Under the pieces are notes generated by a model. That model was not told the DNA's origin. It worked only from the letters and a program-made list of their open reading frames with translations, and searched no databases. Shown piece after piece: positions 29,714-39,253 of a DNA stretch of 64,000 nucleotides; positions within the stretch are counted from its first letter, which is position 1; each line of letters begins with the position of its first letter. The stretch is from Candidatus Latescibacterota bacterium (GTDB lineage: Bacteria; Latescibacterota; UBA2968), in the NCBI GenBank assembly GCA_965207885.1, contig OZ242311.1, forward strand, positions 4,704,001 through 4,768,000. Direction: 5' to 3'. A program made the position numbers and the translations under genes.

Positions 29714-30490
29714 TCAAAGATTTTTGTCGAGCCAGTCCAGGGCGGTTGTCCACGCGTTGCCCTGGGCGAGCAAGTCGAGTCCATGTCCCGTTCCCTGATA
29801 GCCGATTACGGCAGTAACCCCCCGGGTCAATTCAGACATGTTTTGGGATGAGGTGTAGGCATATCCATCGCCAAAAGCTGCGAGATAGAGAATGTTGCGG
29901 GGTGCAAAACCGGGAATATTGGTGCCGATGAGAATTTCCTGAGCCTGATTTTCGCGAAAGCTGGGCGAAACGGATACGGTTGCTTTGATATCGGGATACA
30001 GACCCGCGCTTACAAAGGCGATGTTGGCACCGATGTCTGTACCGATGACACCGATGCGGTTGGGGTCGGCTTCTGTGCGGGTTTTGAGAAATGCAATTGC
30101 AGCGACGACATCGAGCGGCATCTGGTTGAAGTCTTCAATGGAAAAGTTCTGGATTGTGTACGGTTGCCCATTGCGAAAGATGCTGTTGCCATGCCCGCGC
30201 AGATCAAAGGCGAGTGCCAAATATCCTCGCTCGGCAACGAGTTCGGGAACAAAGTCCGCCCACTGAATGTGGTTTTCGTTAAATGGGTGGAGCAGGATGA
30301 CTGCAGGGCGAGGGGCGGGGTGATTGGGCGAAGAAAAGAGTGTGCCAAATAACAGAAAGCCGTCTGGCGTTTGAAATTGTACGGGTTCCAGGCGCGCGTG
30401 CTGGGCGGTGAGTTCAGGTTCGGTAGGCGTCGGCGCAGTAGTGCCGCCGCATCCGATTAAAAATATCGCGATCCACAGGTATTGGCGCAT
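29714..30490 (-). CDS. alpha/beta hydrolase lipoprotein with Asp at the nucleophile elbow
   Basis: Lipobox LIGC, PAVILLH, FDLRGHG.S, RIGVIGTDIGA, GTGHG. Confidence 0.85.
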   Translation of the reverse strand: MRQYLWIAIFLIGCGGTTAPTPTEPELTAQHARLEPVQFQTPDGFLLFGTLFSSPNHPAPRPAVILLHPFNENHIQWADFVPELVAERGYLALAFDLRGHGNSIFRNGQPYTIQNFSIEDFNQMPLDVVAAIAFLKTRTEADPNRIGVIGTDIGANIAFVSAGLYPDIKATVSVSPSFRENQAQEILIGTNIPGFAPRNILYLAAFGDGYAYTSSQNMSELTRGVTAVIGYQGTGHGLDLLAQGNAWTTALDWLDKNL

Positions 30491-30625
30491 GATATTATCC
30501 TTTGAGCTATTTTATTTTTGACTATTGTAGATAGATGTTTGTTCCTCAGAATAAGGGGAACATAAGGCAATTGAACTATAATAGCAAGGCGAGCAAGCAA
30601 GCATACCCCATTTTAAGGAGGAAAG

Positions 30626-30796
30626 ATGCCAGAATTTACGCGTTATGATTTGATTCTGATGGCGATTACCGGAGGGCTTTTTATCGTGGGATTGTGGTGT
30701 ACGATTTTTGCCTTTCTCTATGGATTTATGAAGCGCTTAGATCAGATTATTTTGCTGTTGAAGCAGGCGAATCAAGATGCCGATGCGGCTTCTTGA
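30626..30796 (+). CDS. 56-aa single-pass membrane protein (not in the ORF track)
   Basis: AAGGAGG RBS; MPEFTRYDLILMAITGGLFIVGLWCTIFAFLYGFMKRLDQIILLLKQANQDADAAS*. Confidence 0.7.
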   Translation: MPEFTRYDLILMAITGGLFIVGLWCTIFAFLYGFMKRLDQIILLLKQANQDADAAS

Positions 30797-30873
30797 GAAT
30801 GGTTGCCTATTTTACCATGGGCATTTATATTGGGCAAAATAGTTCCCAAAAACACTTTCTGAAAGGACAATGA

Positions 30874-32271
30874 ATGAGCAAACCGAATATTTTGATGATT
30901 ATAACTGATCAGCAGCGATGGGATGCGCTGAGTTGTGTGAGCGATTGGCTGGAGACGCCCAATATGGACCGCATTGCAGCAGAGGGCGTGCGGTTTTCAA
31001 ATTGCGTGACCAATTCCCCGGTGTGTATTCCAACGCGGTTGAGTCTGGCTACCGGGCATTATCCGCACAATACGGGGGTTTGGGATAATCAGGACCACAC
31101 GTTATCGCCAGATTGTCCAACGTGGATGCAGGCGGTGCGCGATGCGGGGTATCGCACGAGTCTGTTTGGCAAGACGCATTTACACCCGCACGGAGGCGAT
31201 TTGAGGGATCGCGAGCATTTGATGCACAGTTATGGGCTTGATGATGTGGATGAGATTGGCGGGCCGAGGGCGAGCGCGCGATGTTTGTCGTACATGACGG
31301 CGATGTGGGAAGAGAAGGGGTTGTGGGATGCGTATAAGGCAGATTTCGATGAGCGTTTTAGCAATAAGCCCTGGGTGACGCGGCCATCGACATTGCCTTT
31401 TGAGGATTATGCGGATGTGTATGTGGGGCAGCAGGCGAAGAAATATCTGGCGGGATATGACCGCGATCAACCCTGGTTCTGCTGGGTGAGTTTTGGGGGG
31501 CCTCACGAACCGTGGGATACGCCAGAACCCCATTATAGCCGGTACAATCCGGAGGATATGCCCGATCCGGTTGTGGCGCCAGATGATGACCGCGAGCGCC
31601 CACAAGGTTTATTAGACGCCAAGCAAAAGATACCGTTTGAACCGGGAGAAGAGAAATTGTTGCGCGCAAATTACGCGGGCAATGTCACGTTGATTGACGA
31701 TCAGATTGGCGAGATTTTCGATGTGATTGAACAGCGCGGCGAGATGGATAATACGGTTGTTGTACTGACGTCGGATCACGGCGAGATGAATGGGGATTAC
31801 GGTTTTATTTATAAGAGCAATCTTTTAAATGGTGCGGTGCGGGTTCCCCTGCTGATTCGCACGCCCGGGACGGCGAGTAGTGATGTTGCTGGTTCGGTGT
31901 GTGATAGTCCTATTGAGTGGTTTGACGCGGGACCGACGCTGGTCGAGCTCGCAGGGGGTGAACTCGACTTCAGGCAGTTTGCCAAATCGGCCTGTCCCGT
32001 TCTCGAAGATCCGACGCGAGAACACCGCACAGAAGCGATATCGGAATACGGTGGGGAAATTATGTTGTTGGATCGCGAATGGAAAATCGCGCTGAATCGC
32101 GAGGGACAGCCCTATTTGCTTTTTAATGTGCAAGAAGATCCCGGTGAGGTGAATAATCTCGCGGGTTTGCCCGAGATGGCCGAGGTTGAGAATCAACTGC
32201 GCCTGCGGATTCTCGATCGCGTGGCTTCGTCACAGGTTTTGTCGGGGGCGCATTTTGCGTTGGGGACATGA
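30874..32271 (+). CDS. formylglycine-dependent sulfatase
   Basis: PNILMIITDQQR, CIPTR (CxPxR), GKTH, PHEPW, SDHGE. Confidence 0.94.
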   Translation: MSKPNILMIITDQQRWDALSCVSDWLETPNMDRIAAEGVRFSNCVTNSPVCIPTRLSLATGHYPHNTGVWDNQDHTLSPDCPTWMQAVRDAGYRTSLFGKTHLHPHGGDLRDREHLMHSYGLDDVDEIGGPRASARCLSYMTAMWEEKGLWDAYKADFDERFSNKPWVTRPSTLPFEDYADVYVGQQAKKYLAGYDRDQPWFCWVSFGGPHEPWDTPEPHYSRYNPEDMPDPVVAPDDDRERPQGLLDAKQKIPFEPGEEKLLRANYAGNVTLIDDQIGEIFDVIEQRGEMDNTVVVLTSDHGEMNGDYGFIYKSNLLNGAVRVPLLIRTPGTASSDVAGSVCDSPIEWFDAGPTLVELAGGELDFRQFAKSACPVLEDPTREHRTEAISEYGGEIMLLDREWKIALNREGQPYLLFNVQEDPGEVNNLAGLPEMAEVENQLRLRILDRVASSQVLSGAHFALGT

Positions 32272-32280
32272 GGAGGCGCG

Positions 32281-33774
32281 ATGTTTGAGGGCAATCCGCA
32301 TATTATTTTTGTGATTACAGATCAGCAGCGTTTTGATACCATTCACGCCTGGGGATATGATTATATGGTTACGCCCACGCTGGATCGGCTCGCGCGTGAG
32401 AGCGTGTCGTTTCGCCAGGCGTATTGTCCCGGTGCGACGTGTGTGGCGTCGCGGGCGGCAATTTTTACGGGTATGTACCCGCATACGACGGGCGTTTATA
32501 GTTTTGATCACTGGGCAAATCACCGGAACTGGGTGCAGGATTTATCGGATGCGGGCTACTATTGCGTGAATATTGGCAAGATGCACTTGACTCCGCGCGA
32601 TGTTCCCGGCGGATTTCACGAGCGCGTTATTGTGGAAAATCCCACGAATAAGGCGCTGGATGGCGGTGGGGCAGATGACGATTGGGGCAGGTATATGACG
32701 TTTCACAGTGTGAAGCGGCCCAATGATCGCAATAAGGCAGATCCCGAGTGGCTCAACAAATGTCAGGGGGTTGTGTGGCACGAGGAGGAGCGCTTTCACA
32801 GCGATGTGTTTATCGGCAATTCTGCGTTGAACTGGATTCGCAATCACCAGGGTGATAAACCGCTGTTTTTACAGATCGGTTTTACGGGACCTCACGAGCC
32901 CTGGGATCCCTTGCCGCGTCATCTGGATCTGTATCGCGACCGGGAGATGCCGCCGTGTGTAAAGCGCGATGGGGAATTGGAGGATAAGCCGCCGCAACAT
33001 GCGGCGCATCTGGATATGCACGCGACGACTGATCACGAATCGCAAATCGATTTGCGCGGGCGTACAGATGATGAACTCGCCGAGATGAAGCGGCATTATT
33101 ACGGGAATATTTCGACGGTTGATGAAAAGCTGGGCGAGATTATGGATGCTCTGCAAGCGCGGGGGTGGTTGGAGAATAGTTTGTTGATTTTTTGTTCCGA
33201 TCACGGCGAGATGCTGGGCGATCACGGGTTGGCGTATAAGTGGTTGATGTACGATCCGATTGTGCATATTCCGCTGATGATTCGCACGCCGCAGTCTGTT
33301 GATCGTCCGTGCGAAACGCGCGATCTGGTTTCGCTTATGGATCTGGGTCCGACGATTTTAGAGGCTGCGGGGGTAGCTGTTCCGACCTATTTGGAGGGCC
33401 GCTCTTTGATGCCGTATTTGAATGGGGAGACGCCCGTGCCTCGAAAATACGTTTTTTGCGAGGATAATTATCAGATTATGATGCGGTCACAGACCCATAA
33501 GATGGTGTATTATATCGGGCAAGCAGAAGGCGAGTTGTATGATTTAGATCGCGATCCCGGAGAGTTGTGGAATGTTTGGGATAGGTCTGAATACGCCGAT
33601 GTGAAAGGCGAGATGTTCACAGATTTGCTCAGTTGGATGGCGACGAGCAATTATTACAATGCCGGATACAAACGCCAGCGCAGCAAACAATATCGCATGC
33701 GATGGCCCTCGAAAAACGACGCGTATTTGCACGGGCGCAAAGGACAGCCAAAACCCCGGGCTGTCGATTTGTAG
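32281..33774 (+). CDS. formylglycine-dependent sulfatase (CxAxR variant)
   Basis: ITDQQR, CVASRAAIFTG, GKMH, PHEPW, SDHGE, ELYDL. Confidence 0.93.
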   Translation: MFEGNPHIIFVITDQQRFDTIHAWGYDYMVTPTLDRLARESVSFRQAYCPGATCVASRAAIFTGMYPHTTGVYSFDHWANHRNWVQDLSDAGYYCVNIGKMHLTPRDVPGGFHERVIVENPTNKALDGGGADDDWGRYMTFHSVKRPNDRNKADPEWLNKCQGVVWHEEERFHSDVFIGNSALNWIRNHQGDKPLFLQIGFTGPHEPWDPLPRHLDLYRDREMPPCVKRDGELEDKPPQHAAHLDMHATTDHESQIDLRGRTDDELAEMKRHYYGNISTVDEKLGEIMDALQARGWLENSLLIFCSDHGEMLGDHGLAYKWLMYDPIVHIPLMIRTPQSVDRPCETRDLVSLMDLGPTILEAAGVAVPTYLEGRSLMPYLNGETPVPRKYVFCEDNYQIMMRSQTHKMVYYIGQAEGELYDLDRDPGELWNVWDRSEYADVKGEMFTDLLSWMATSNYYNAGYKRQRSKQYRMRWPSKNDAYLHGRKGQPKPRAVDL

Positions 33775-33821
33775 AGGGTGACATACAAGATGATCGCAGA
33801 CTTGTGAGAAGAGGAGACGCA

Positions 33822-34613
33822 ATGGCGACGCTACAACTGAAAGTGCAGTACTTCCAAGACAGCACGCCCCCAGAAGTGCCCTGCCGTGAGGAAAATTTCG
33901 TCGTGCGGGAACTGGATTTCGCCCTGCCAGTCGAGCAGACGGCGCTCGTGCTAATCGACCTGTGGAACGTGCATCACATCGACAGCTGGATCGAGCGCGC
34001 CGAGGCGGTGACCAAGGAAGTGATTGCGCCGCTTATCGGGCGCGCGCGCGAATACGGCCTGACTATCGTGCAGGCACCCAGTCCCGGAGTACTGGCCAAT
34101 TTCCCGGATAAGTACGAGGTGTACCAAGGCTGCACGCCCGAGCCTGAACCGGGGCCGCCGCCGAGTTGGCCGCCAGCCGAGTTCCGCAACCGGCAGGGGA
34201 CGTACGCCTGTTTCCGGGGGCCGCGCAACCAAGAGCCGGGCATTGATCTTTATTGGCAGAGCCTAACCGGGCAACTCGATCTTTCGCCCCACATCGCCGT
34301 GGAGGAAGGGGACTTTGTCGTGGGCACGGGCCAGCAACTGCACGATTTGTGCCAAGAGCGCGGCATTCTGCATTTGCTCTTCGCCGGCTTTGCGACCAAC
34401 TGGTGTATATTGGGCCGCGACTACGGGGTTCGCGCCATGCGCGGGCGGGGCTATAACACCATTTTGGTGCGAGACGCCACGGACGGGGTGGAATTTCCCG
34501 ATACACTAGAGGCTAAGTGGGCCACGGAATTGGCCGTGCGCGAAGTCGAGCAAGTGCATGGCTTTTCCACCTCGACAGCCGATTTTTACGCCGCCTGCAC
34601 CGCTTTGGATTGA
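33822..34613 (+). CDS. isochorismatase-family cysteine hydrolase
   Basis: GAGGAG RBS; TALVLIDLW, AGFATNWC, VRDAT. Confidence 0.8.
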   Translation: MATLQLKVQYFQDSTPPEVPCREENFVVRELDFALPVEQTALVLIDLWNVHHIDSWIERAEAVTKEVIAPLIGRAREYGLTIVQAPSPGVLANFPDKYEVYQGCTPEPEPGPPPSWPPAEFRNRQGTYACFRGPRNQEPGIDLYWQSLTGQLDLSPHIAVEEGDFVVGTGQQLHDLCQERGILHLLFAGFATNWCILGRDYGVRAMRGRGYNTILVRDATDGVEFPDTLEAKWATELAVREVEQVHGFSTSTADFYAACTALD

Positions 34614-34636
34614 TAGGATAGTAGTATTGACTGAGG

Positions 34637-34677
34637 AAAAAAAGAAGCCCTCCTTTAGCGGGAGGGCTTCTTTTTTT
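34637..34677. terminator. bidirectional intrinsic terminator
   Basis: A7-GAAGCCCTCC..GGAGGGCTTC-T7 between convergent genes. Confidence 0.85.
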
Positions 34678-34696
34678 AATTTTTCCCCATGGGATT

Positions 34697-35893
34697 TTAC
34701 ACAGAAACGACTTGTCGCGCGTCTTCGATTTCGGCGTCGAGGTTGCCCGACAGGTCGTTGTTGTTGAGGTGAATGCGGTCGGCTTTTTCGCCGATGTGAA
34801 CACCTATGCGCTGTGTTGCTGTTTCGTCATTGCCAATGCGATTATTTGTGAAGGTGAGATCGTGGGTTTCGCCCAGGATGCGCACGCCATAGCCTTTGTT
34901 TTTGTCGCCATTGTCGAGAATTTGATTGTTCTCAAAGGTGTTTCGGTGCCCACCCATGGGTTCGGTTTCATTGCGGAAGAGTATGCCTTCACAGCCGTTA
35001 CGCAGTGATCGGTTGTTGGAAAACAGATTGTCGGTGTCTTTGTGACCAATGGAGATGCCCGTGTCGCCGTTGCCGATGAGGTCGTTGTTTTCAAAGACAC
35101 CGTGTTTGACGCGCCAGCACAGAAAGAGGCCAATGCGACCGTTGTTTTCCGAGCGGCAGTTGCGGATGATAGGGTGCTGGCTGCCGCTGCCCGGGTGTAG
35201 GCCCAGGTGGGTATTGCCCGTGCAGGTGCAGTTTTCGACTGTGACGTGCTGGCTCTGCTGGAAGCTGATGCCATCGCCGTGATAATTTTTGATCGCGCAG
35301 TTTTGTATCGCTGTATGGTGCCCGCGGTAGAGAAATATGCCGGCGCCGCGGCAACCGTTGAGGTGCGGGTTGTTTTCGCCGTTGCCATCTACAGTCAGAT
35401 TTTCTATTCGAGCATTTTCGATGTGGTAGCCGCTGATGACCGGGAAGGTGGTTGCAGCGCGCGCATTGCGAGAGACGAGGTAGTCGCCTCCCATAGGCAC
35501 ATTGACGCCAAAGGTGTTGTCCTTTTGCCAGAGGATGGTACCGACGGCGGTGTGGAATCCACCGCCCTTATCGTCTGTGATGCTGACGCCGTAGCCCACT
35601 TTGAATCCATCGGAATTTTTAAGGGTGATCTGTTCTTCGCCGAAATCTCCGTCGAGGAGAAGTGGGGCCTCAATGCCGTTTGCCTTCCACAATGTGGTAT
35701 TTTCGCCCTGTCCTTTGACCGTGATGTTGCTGCGGAGATGGAGCGCGTCGCGCATGATGTACGTGCCGGATAGGATTTCAACTGTGCCTCCGCCGAGCGC
35801 AGCCGTGTAATCGACCGCTGATTGCAACGCGCGATTGTCATTGCCGATGATGTCGGCATTTTTTTGTCCGACGGTGATGTGTAAGCCAGTCAT
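34697..35893 (-). CDS. right-handed parallel beta-helix (pectin lyase-like) protein
   Basis: ALQSAVD..GGGTV.I..GTY; repeated N..GDGI / I.NN strands. Confidence 0.85.
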   Translation of the reverse strand: MTGLHITVGQKNADIIGNDNRALQSAVDYTAALGGGTVEILSGTYIMRDALHLRSNITVKGQGENTTLWKANGIEAPLLLDGDFGEEQITLKNSDGFKVGYGVSITDDKGGGFHTAVGTILWQKDNTFGVNVPMGGDYLVSRNARAATTFPVISGYHIENARIENLTVDGNGENNPHLNGCRGAGIFLYRGHHTAIQNCAIKNYHGDGISFQQSQHVTVENCTCTGNTHLGLHPGSGSQHPIIRNCRSENNGRIGLFLCWRVKHGVFENNDLIGNGDTGISIGHKDTDNLFSNNRSLRNGCEGILFRNETEPMGGHRNTFENNQILDNGDKNKGYGVRILGETHDLTFTNNRIGNDETATQRIGVHIGEKADRIHLNNNDLSGNLDAEIEDARQVVSV

Positions 35894-35908
35894 GGGAATC
35901 TCCGTGGG

Positions 35909-36952
35909 TTAATCGATGCGAATTTCCTGTCCGGTTTCGCCACTTTCGAGCACGGCTTCCATCATTTGCTGCACCTGATATCCGTGACGCAGGGGTGCTT
36001 CGCAGGTTTTGCCGTCGAGGATGCAGTCGATAAAGTGGCCCGCAATGCGGTCCCATGCCTGGGTTGCAAGCGGGATATCGACGGCGATGTCGTGTGGGAC
36101 GCCGTCCTGTGTTTTGTAGATTTTGAGGGGGCGGAATTGTGCGCCTGCTTCGTCGCCAAAGAGTTCGATCTGGAGTTCATTGGGCTGATGAGATGCCCAG
36201 AAGCTTTCGACCTGAAGACCCGCGCCGTTTTCAAAGCGGATGAACCCACCGGCATAGTCGTCAGCGGCGTATTGTTCGTAGGTGCTGCGCGGGACTTGTC
36301 TAAAGCCCCAATAGCCGCGTCCGCGCGGTCCAAATTTTGCGCCGCACACGCCTGTGACGGTGGCGGGTTTGGGCATGCCGAGCAAGTACCACACGGCGTC
36401 GAGGACGTGGACGCCCATGTCGCGGAATGCGCCGCCGCCTTTTTGGATGAATCCGAGGTTCCACGCGGGGATGCCGCTTCGGCGCACGCTGCGGGCGCGG
36501 GCATAGTACAGGTCGCCAAAATAGCCTTCGCGCGCGAGGTTGCCCAGATACTGGCACTGGTCGGAGAATCGGGTGGAGAGCGACATCATGTTGACGACGC
36601 CAGATGCTTCGGCGGCTTCGACGAGTTTTTGTGCTGCCTCTTCAGAGTCCGATAGCGGTTTGGTGACCATGACGTGTTTGTCATTTTTGACGGCTTCGAG
36701 TGCGATGGGCACATGCCACTGGTTTGGGGTGCCTACAAATACCGCGTCGATGTCGGGGTCTTTACACATTTCTTTGTAATCGGTGTAGAATTTCTGTTCG
36801 CCGGGCAATTCGCGGGCAAAATCTTCCATTCTTTCGGGGATCAGGTCGCATAGTGCGACGACTTCGCCGCGTTCATTTTTCGCAAGGGCGCGGCCATTGG
36901 GTTTGCCAATGCCCATACCGACGACACATACGCGGACTTTTTTTTCTGGCAT
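35909..36952 (-). CDS. Gfo/Idh/MocA-family oxidoreductase
   Basis: VVGMGIG, GTPNQWH, KHVMVTKP, GGGAFRDMGVH. Confidence 0.92.
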   Translation of the reverse strand: MPEKKVRVCVVGMGIGKPNGRALAKNERGEVVALCDLIPERMEDFARELPGEQKFYTDYKEMCKDPDIDAVFVGTPNQWHVPIALEAVKNDKHVMVTKPLSDSEEAAQKLVEAAEASGVVNMMSLSTRFSDQCQYLGNLAREGYFGDLYYARARSVRRSGIPAWNLGFIQKGGGAFRDMGVHVLDAVWYLLGMPKPATVTGVCGAKFGPRGRGYWGFRQVPRSTYEQYAADDYAGGFIRFENGAGLQVESFWASHQPNELQIELFGDEAGAQFRPLKIYKTQDGVPHDIAVDIPLATQAWDRIAGHFIDCILDGKTCEAPLRHGYQVQQMMEAVLESGETGQEIRID

Positions 36953-37056
36953 GATGCACTCCTGGTGTTAAATTGGATGGGTTGTAAGAATGCGCCCTGT
37001 ATTATGCAAAAAAAAGAGGGATTTACCAATATAATTTCACGGAAAGGATATGTGTT

Positions 37057-38181
37057 ATGCTCACTATAGAAGGTTGTTGTAATCGGCAGCAGCGATTTCG
37101 AGCGCGTCTCTCCGAGGAGGGGATTGACGCGGTTATTATTACAGATTATCGGGATATCTACTATTTGACCGGTGTGCTTCTGTCGGCATATCCATCGTTT
37201 TCTTTTCCCGCGCTTCTGTATTTGGAGACCGAGGGAGGATCGTGGCTGGCGTCAACGACTGACGAAGGGGATGCGGCTGTGGATGAGCGCGTGGTGTACG
37301 ATTCTCATGTGCTTTACACTATGAATCCCGATCCGATGCGCTTGCTGAATGCGGCTGTGGCGCAAAAGCTCCGCGATTACCGGGGTATTTCTCGTTTGGG
37401 CTGGCAGCAGGAAGCCACGCCCAAGTTGCTCTCCGATACAATAGCAGATGCTCTGGGTGGCGAATGGGTGGGGATAGACGATTTGCTGATTGCACAGCAG
37501 ATGAGTAAGGATGCCGATGAAGTTGCGATGTTGCAAAAGGCGATTGATATTAATCTGCGGGCTTATGACCGCGTGCAAGAGGTGATTGCGCCGGGTGTGA
37601 ATGAACTGGATGTGCTCGCGGCGGGTCAGCAGGTCGCGCTGAATGCCGCGGGTGAGGTGTTGCACCACGGGGGTGATTACCAGTGCGGGCAATTGGGTGG
37701 GCCTGCCAGAGATCGGATTATTGAAGATGGGGAGTTGTATGTTATTGACGCACAGACAGAATATCACGGGTACTGGTCCGATCTGTGCCGCACTTTTGCC
37801 GTGGGCGATCCCACAGATTTGCAGGCGTCGGTGTACGATCTTTTGAAAGCTATTTTAGAGGATGTTCCCAATCTGGTAGGGCCTGGTGGACGGGGGACTG
37901 TACTGTGGCATACGATTGATGAGAGAATCCGCGAGCATCCCCATTTGTCCGATATTGGACTGATTCATCACGCGGGACACGGCGTGGGGATTCGCGCACA
38001 CGAGCCGCCCGATTTGAATCGGGACCGAGAGGGTATTTTTGAGGTGGGTACGGTCTTTTCCTGTGAGCCGGGTGCGTATAGCGAGGCATTGAACGGGGGC
38101 ATTCGGTTGGAGAATACGTTTTTGGTGACGGAAGATGGGGTGCAGAATCTGACGAATTATCCGCTGGTGTTAAAGCGGTGA
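37057..38181 (+). CDS. M24 (Xaa-Pro) peptidase family
   Basis: YWSDLCRT, HHAGHGVG..HE, CEPG.Y, GIRLEN. Confidence 0.9.
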   Translation: MLTIEGCCNRQQRFRARLSEEGIDAVIITDYRDIYYLTGVLLSAYPSFSFPALLYLETEGGSWLASTTDEGDAAVDERVVYDSHVLYTMNPDPMRLLNAAVAQKLRDYRGISRLGWQQEATPKLLSDTIADALGGEWVGIDDLLIAQQMSKDADEVAMLQKAIDINLRAYDRVQEVIAPGVNELDVLAAGQQVALNAAGEVLHHGGDYQCGQLGGPARDRIIEDGELYVIDAQTEYHGYWSDLCRTFAVGDPTDLQASVYDLLKAILEDVPNLVGPGGRGTVLWHTIDERIREHPHLSDIGLIHHAGHGVGIRAHEPPDLNRDREGIFEVGTVFSCEPGAYSEALNGGIRLENTFLVTEDGVQNLTNYPLVLKR

Positions 38182-38204
38182 AATAGAGAGTACAGGTCGC
38201 CTGC

Positions 38205-39194
38205 TCAGAGTGTGAGCACATTGCCCGTGTCCGCAGCTTCACGTGCTTGTAGGCACAGGCGCGTGACTTTTATGGCTTCGTCGGGACCGATGATGTGAGG
38301 TGCTGTGCCCGTGCGTTCACCGTGGAGGTTGACGAGGAAATTTTCTTCGGGTGGCAGGGGCAAGTCGCGTGGTGCTTCGCCCGAGCGTATCAGATGCGTG
38401 CGGTCGTCGATGACTTCGATGACGCCTTCTGATCCGGCGATTCGGAGGCGGTCGTCGCCGTGGGTGGGTGCTGTTGGGGGGCGCAAATAATCGAGGTTGA
38501 TCATTGCCGTGCCGCCATTGCTCAGGCGGAAGAGCATGCCGCCGTGGTCTTCACAGCCGGGATAATCGGGATGGGCGAGGTTGCCGTGAAGCGCGGCGAC
38601 TTGTGTGTATTCACGCCCGGTTGTCCAGCGCGTGTAATCGACGGCGTGGATTGCGACCCAGGGGATTGTGCCGCCATAAGTTTCTCGCTTTTTGAAAAAG
38701 TCTGGGCGCGTGCCAAAGCGATAGGATTTTTGCGCGGTTGCCAGAATGGGTTCGCCGATGAGACCATCTTGAACTGCCTGGTGTGCTGCGCGAAATGCGG
38801 GGGATAGTCGCAGGCCAAACATGGCGGTGAGGCGAATTCCGCTGTTGTTGACCGCTTTTTCAAGGGCGTCGAGATCTTTCAGGGTGGTTGCAACGGGTTT
38901 TTCACTGACGATGTCGATTCCGCGGTTTGCCGCGGCTATTGAGGCTTCGGCGTTGAGGGAATACGGACGACATATACTGACGAGATCGATTTCTTCGGTG
39001 TCGAGCATGTGGCGATGGTCGTCATACAGGCGGGTGTGTGCGGTGAATGCTGCGTGAGCTTTGACTTTGGCGAGGGTGTCGTCGGGATGCCCTTTGGCAC
39101 AGGCGATGAGTTGTGCGCCGGGGATGTGCGCGATGCCGTCGAGTACCATGTTCTGATGTCCGTCGCTGCCGATTTGTGCAATTTTGAGTGGCAT
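38205..39194 (-). CDS. Gfo/Idh/MocA-family oxidoreductase
   Basis: EKP motif, GGTIPWVAIHAVD; start at ATG 39194 with AGGAG RBS. Confidence 0.88.
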   Translation of the reverse strand: MPLKIAQIGSDGHQNMVLDGIAHIPGAQLIACAKGHPDDTLAKVKAHAAFTAHTRLYDDHRHMLDTEEIDLVSICRPYSLNAEASIAAANRGIDIVSEKPVATTLKDLDALEKAVNNSGIRLTAMFGLRLSPAFRAAHQAVQDGLIGEPILATAQKSYRFGTRPDFFKKRETYGGTIPWVAIHAVDYTRWTTGREYTQVAALHGNLAHPDYPGCEDHGGMLFRLSNGGTAMINLDYLRPPTAPTHGDDRLRIAGSEGVIEVIDDRTHLIRSGEAPRDLPLPPEENFLVNLHGERTGTAPHIIGPDEAIKVTRLCLQAREAADTGNVLTL

Positions 39195-39253
39195 GGTGTT
39201 CTTGCTCCTGTTGTTGAGATTTGGAATGATGGCTTTAATTAACGGAGGAATAA

